Assembly: GCA_951406725.2 (NCBI GenBank) | Contig: OX597838.1 | Span: 434,001 to 498,000 of the forward strand | DNA from: Octopus vulgaris | Taxonomy: Eukaryota | Direction: 5' to 3' | Length of the DNA stretch: 64,000 nt | In this document: positions 63,361 to 64,000 of the stretch, one piece after another | Numbering within the stretch: the first letter of the stretch is position 1 | Layout: the number at the start of each line of letters is the position of its first letter | Notes under the pieces: generated by a model | Told to the model about the DNA's origin: nothing | Databases searched by the model: none | Seen by the model: only the letters and a program-made list of their open reading frames with translations | Program-made: the position numbers and the translations under genes

Positions 63361-64000
63361 TCTTTATATATATAAAACTGAGAATGTGTGTCTGTCTGTC
63401 TGTGTGTTTCCCTAAAACTTGAGAACTACACAACCAATTTCATTCAAATTTTACACATGTCTTACTTAGGGTCCATGTAGTTTCATGGGCAAAAAAAATG
63501 TTCAACTTCTTGCCTAGAGCGAGCCCATAGCAATATCATATCTTCTCCACTATTTCAGTATTACGTGTTAAAAGCGAAACAAAAACATTTCTCTATTTTA
63601 TGTCAGATACTTTCACTTTAACAATAAAAATAATAATAACAATAGAATTATATGTAGTAAGTAATAATTAAAATCAAACTAAAGTATAATATAATCGTAA
63701 CATAACAAAAGTAAAAATAGCAGTTGGTATAAAATTGCATCAATGACTTGAACTTGAATAAGTGGTTTCACATGAATGGGAATAAATTAAGAATAAAATT
63801 AGCGTTCAGAAATGGAATAGTCCAGATGGATAATAAAAAATTAAATTAAAGAAAAGACTATTGTCTATAAAGTATACAATGTAGAGATAAAAGATTTGAA
63901 CACATGGAGGAAAGCACCTTCGAAAAGTGTCATGGTGCGACTATGAAAAATATCTAATCAGAGGCGGTAAATTCGCCACAATAGAAGCAAGGTTCGAGTC
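63361..64000 (+). mobile_element. Helitron-like element 5' end (3' extent uncertain, may run past the window)
   Basis: A|TCTTTATATATATAAAA followed by (TGTC)n and CAACCAATTTCATTCAAATTTTACACA, typical of non-autonomous Helitron 5' regions. Confidence 0.55.

Overview
AT-rich, intron- and microsatellite-rich eukaryotic DNA. The SINE/LINE repertoire suggests a coleoid cephalopod, probably Octopus (inference). There are two gene systems. (1) A cluster of secreted S1A chymotrypsin-like serine proteases: copy A (minus, exons 1-4 at 2956-6986, exons 5-6 not in the window), an inverted orphan copy of A's promoter plus signal-peptide exon (13258-13744), and two complete 6-exon, 254-aa genes B (24371-27999) and C (37124-40357) inside a near-identical ~5.4-5.8 kb duplication. 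(2) The 3' 16 coding exons of a HEATR6 orthologue on the minus strand (44921-62446). The rest is transposon debris: R4/Dong-type RLE LINEs in (AAT)n arrays, RTE and CR1-like LINEs, Penelope fragments with hammerhead-like motifs, mariner, Chapaev3-like, Helitron/Helentron elements and tRNA-derived SINEs. It also holds a perfect 100-bp-arm palindrome and a 29-bp minisatellite. The most notable points are a Gln-IVGG activation site, a conserved extra Cys25/Cys117 pair, a phase-compatible orphan first exon, and a Helitron whose empty site is visible in the paralogs. No CRISPR or prokaryote-type system is present. All calls were made by eye, with no database searches.
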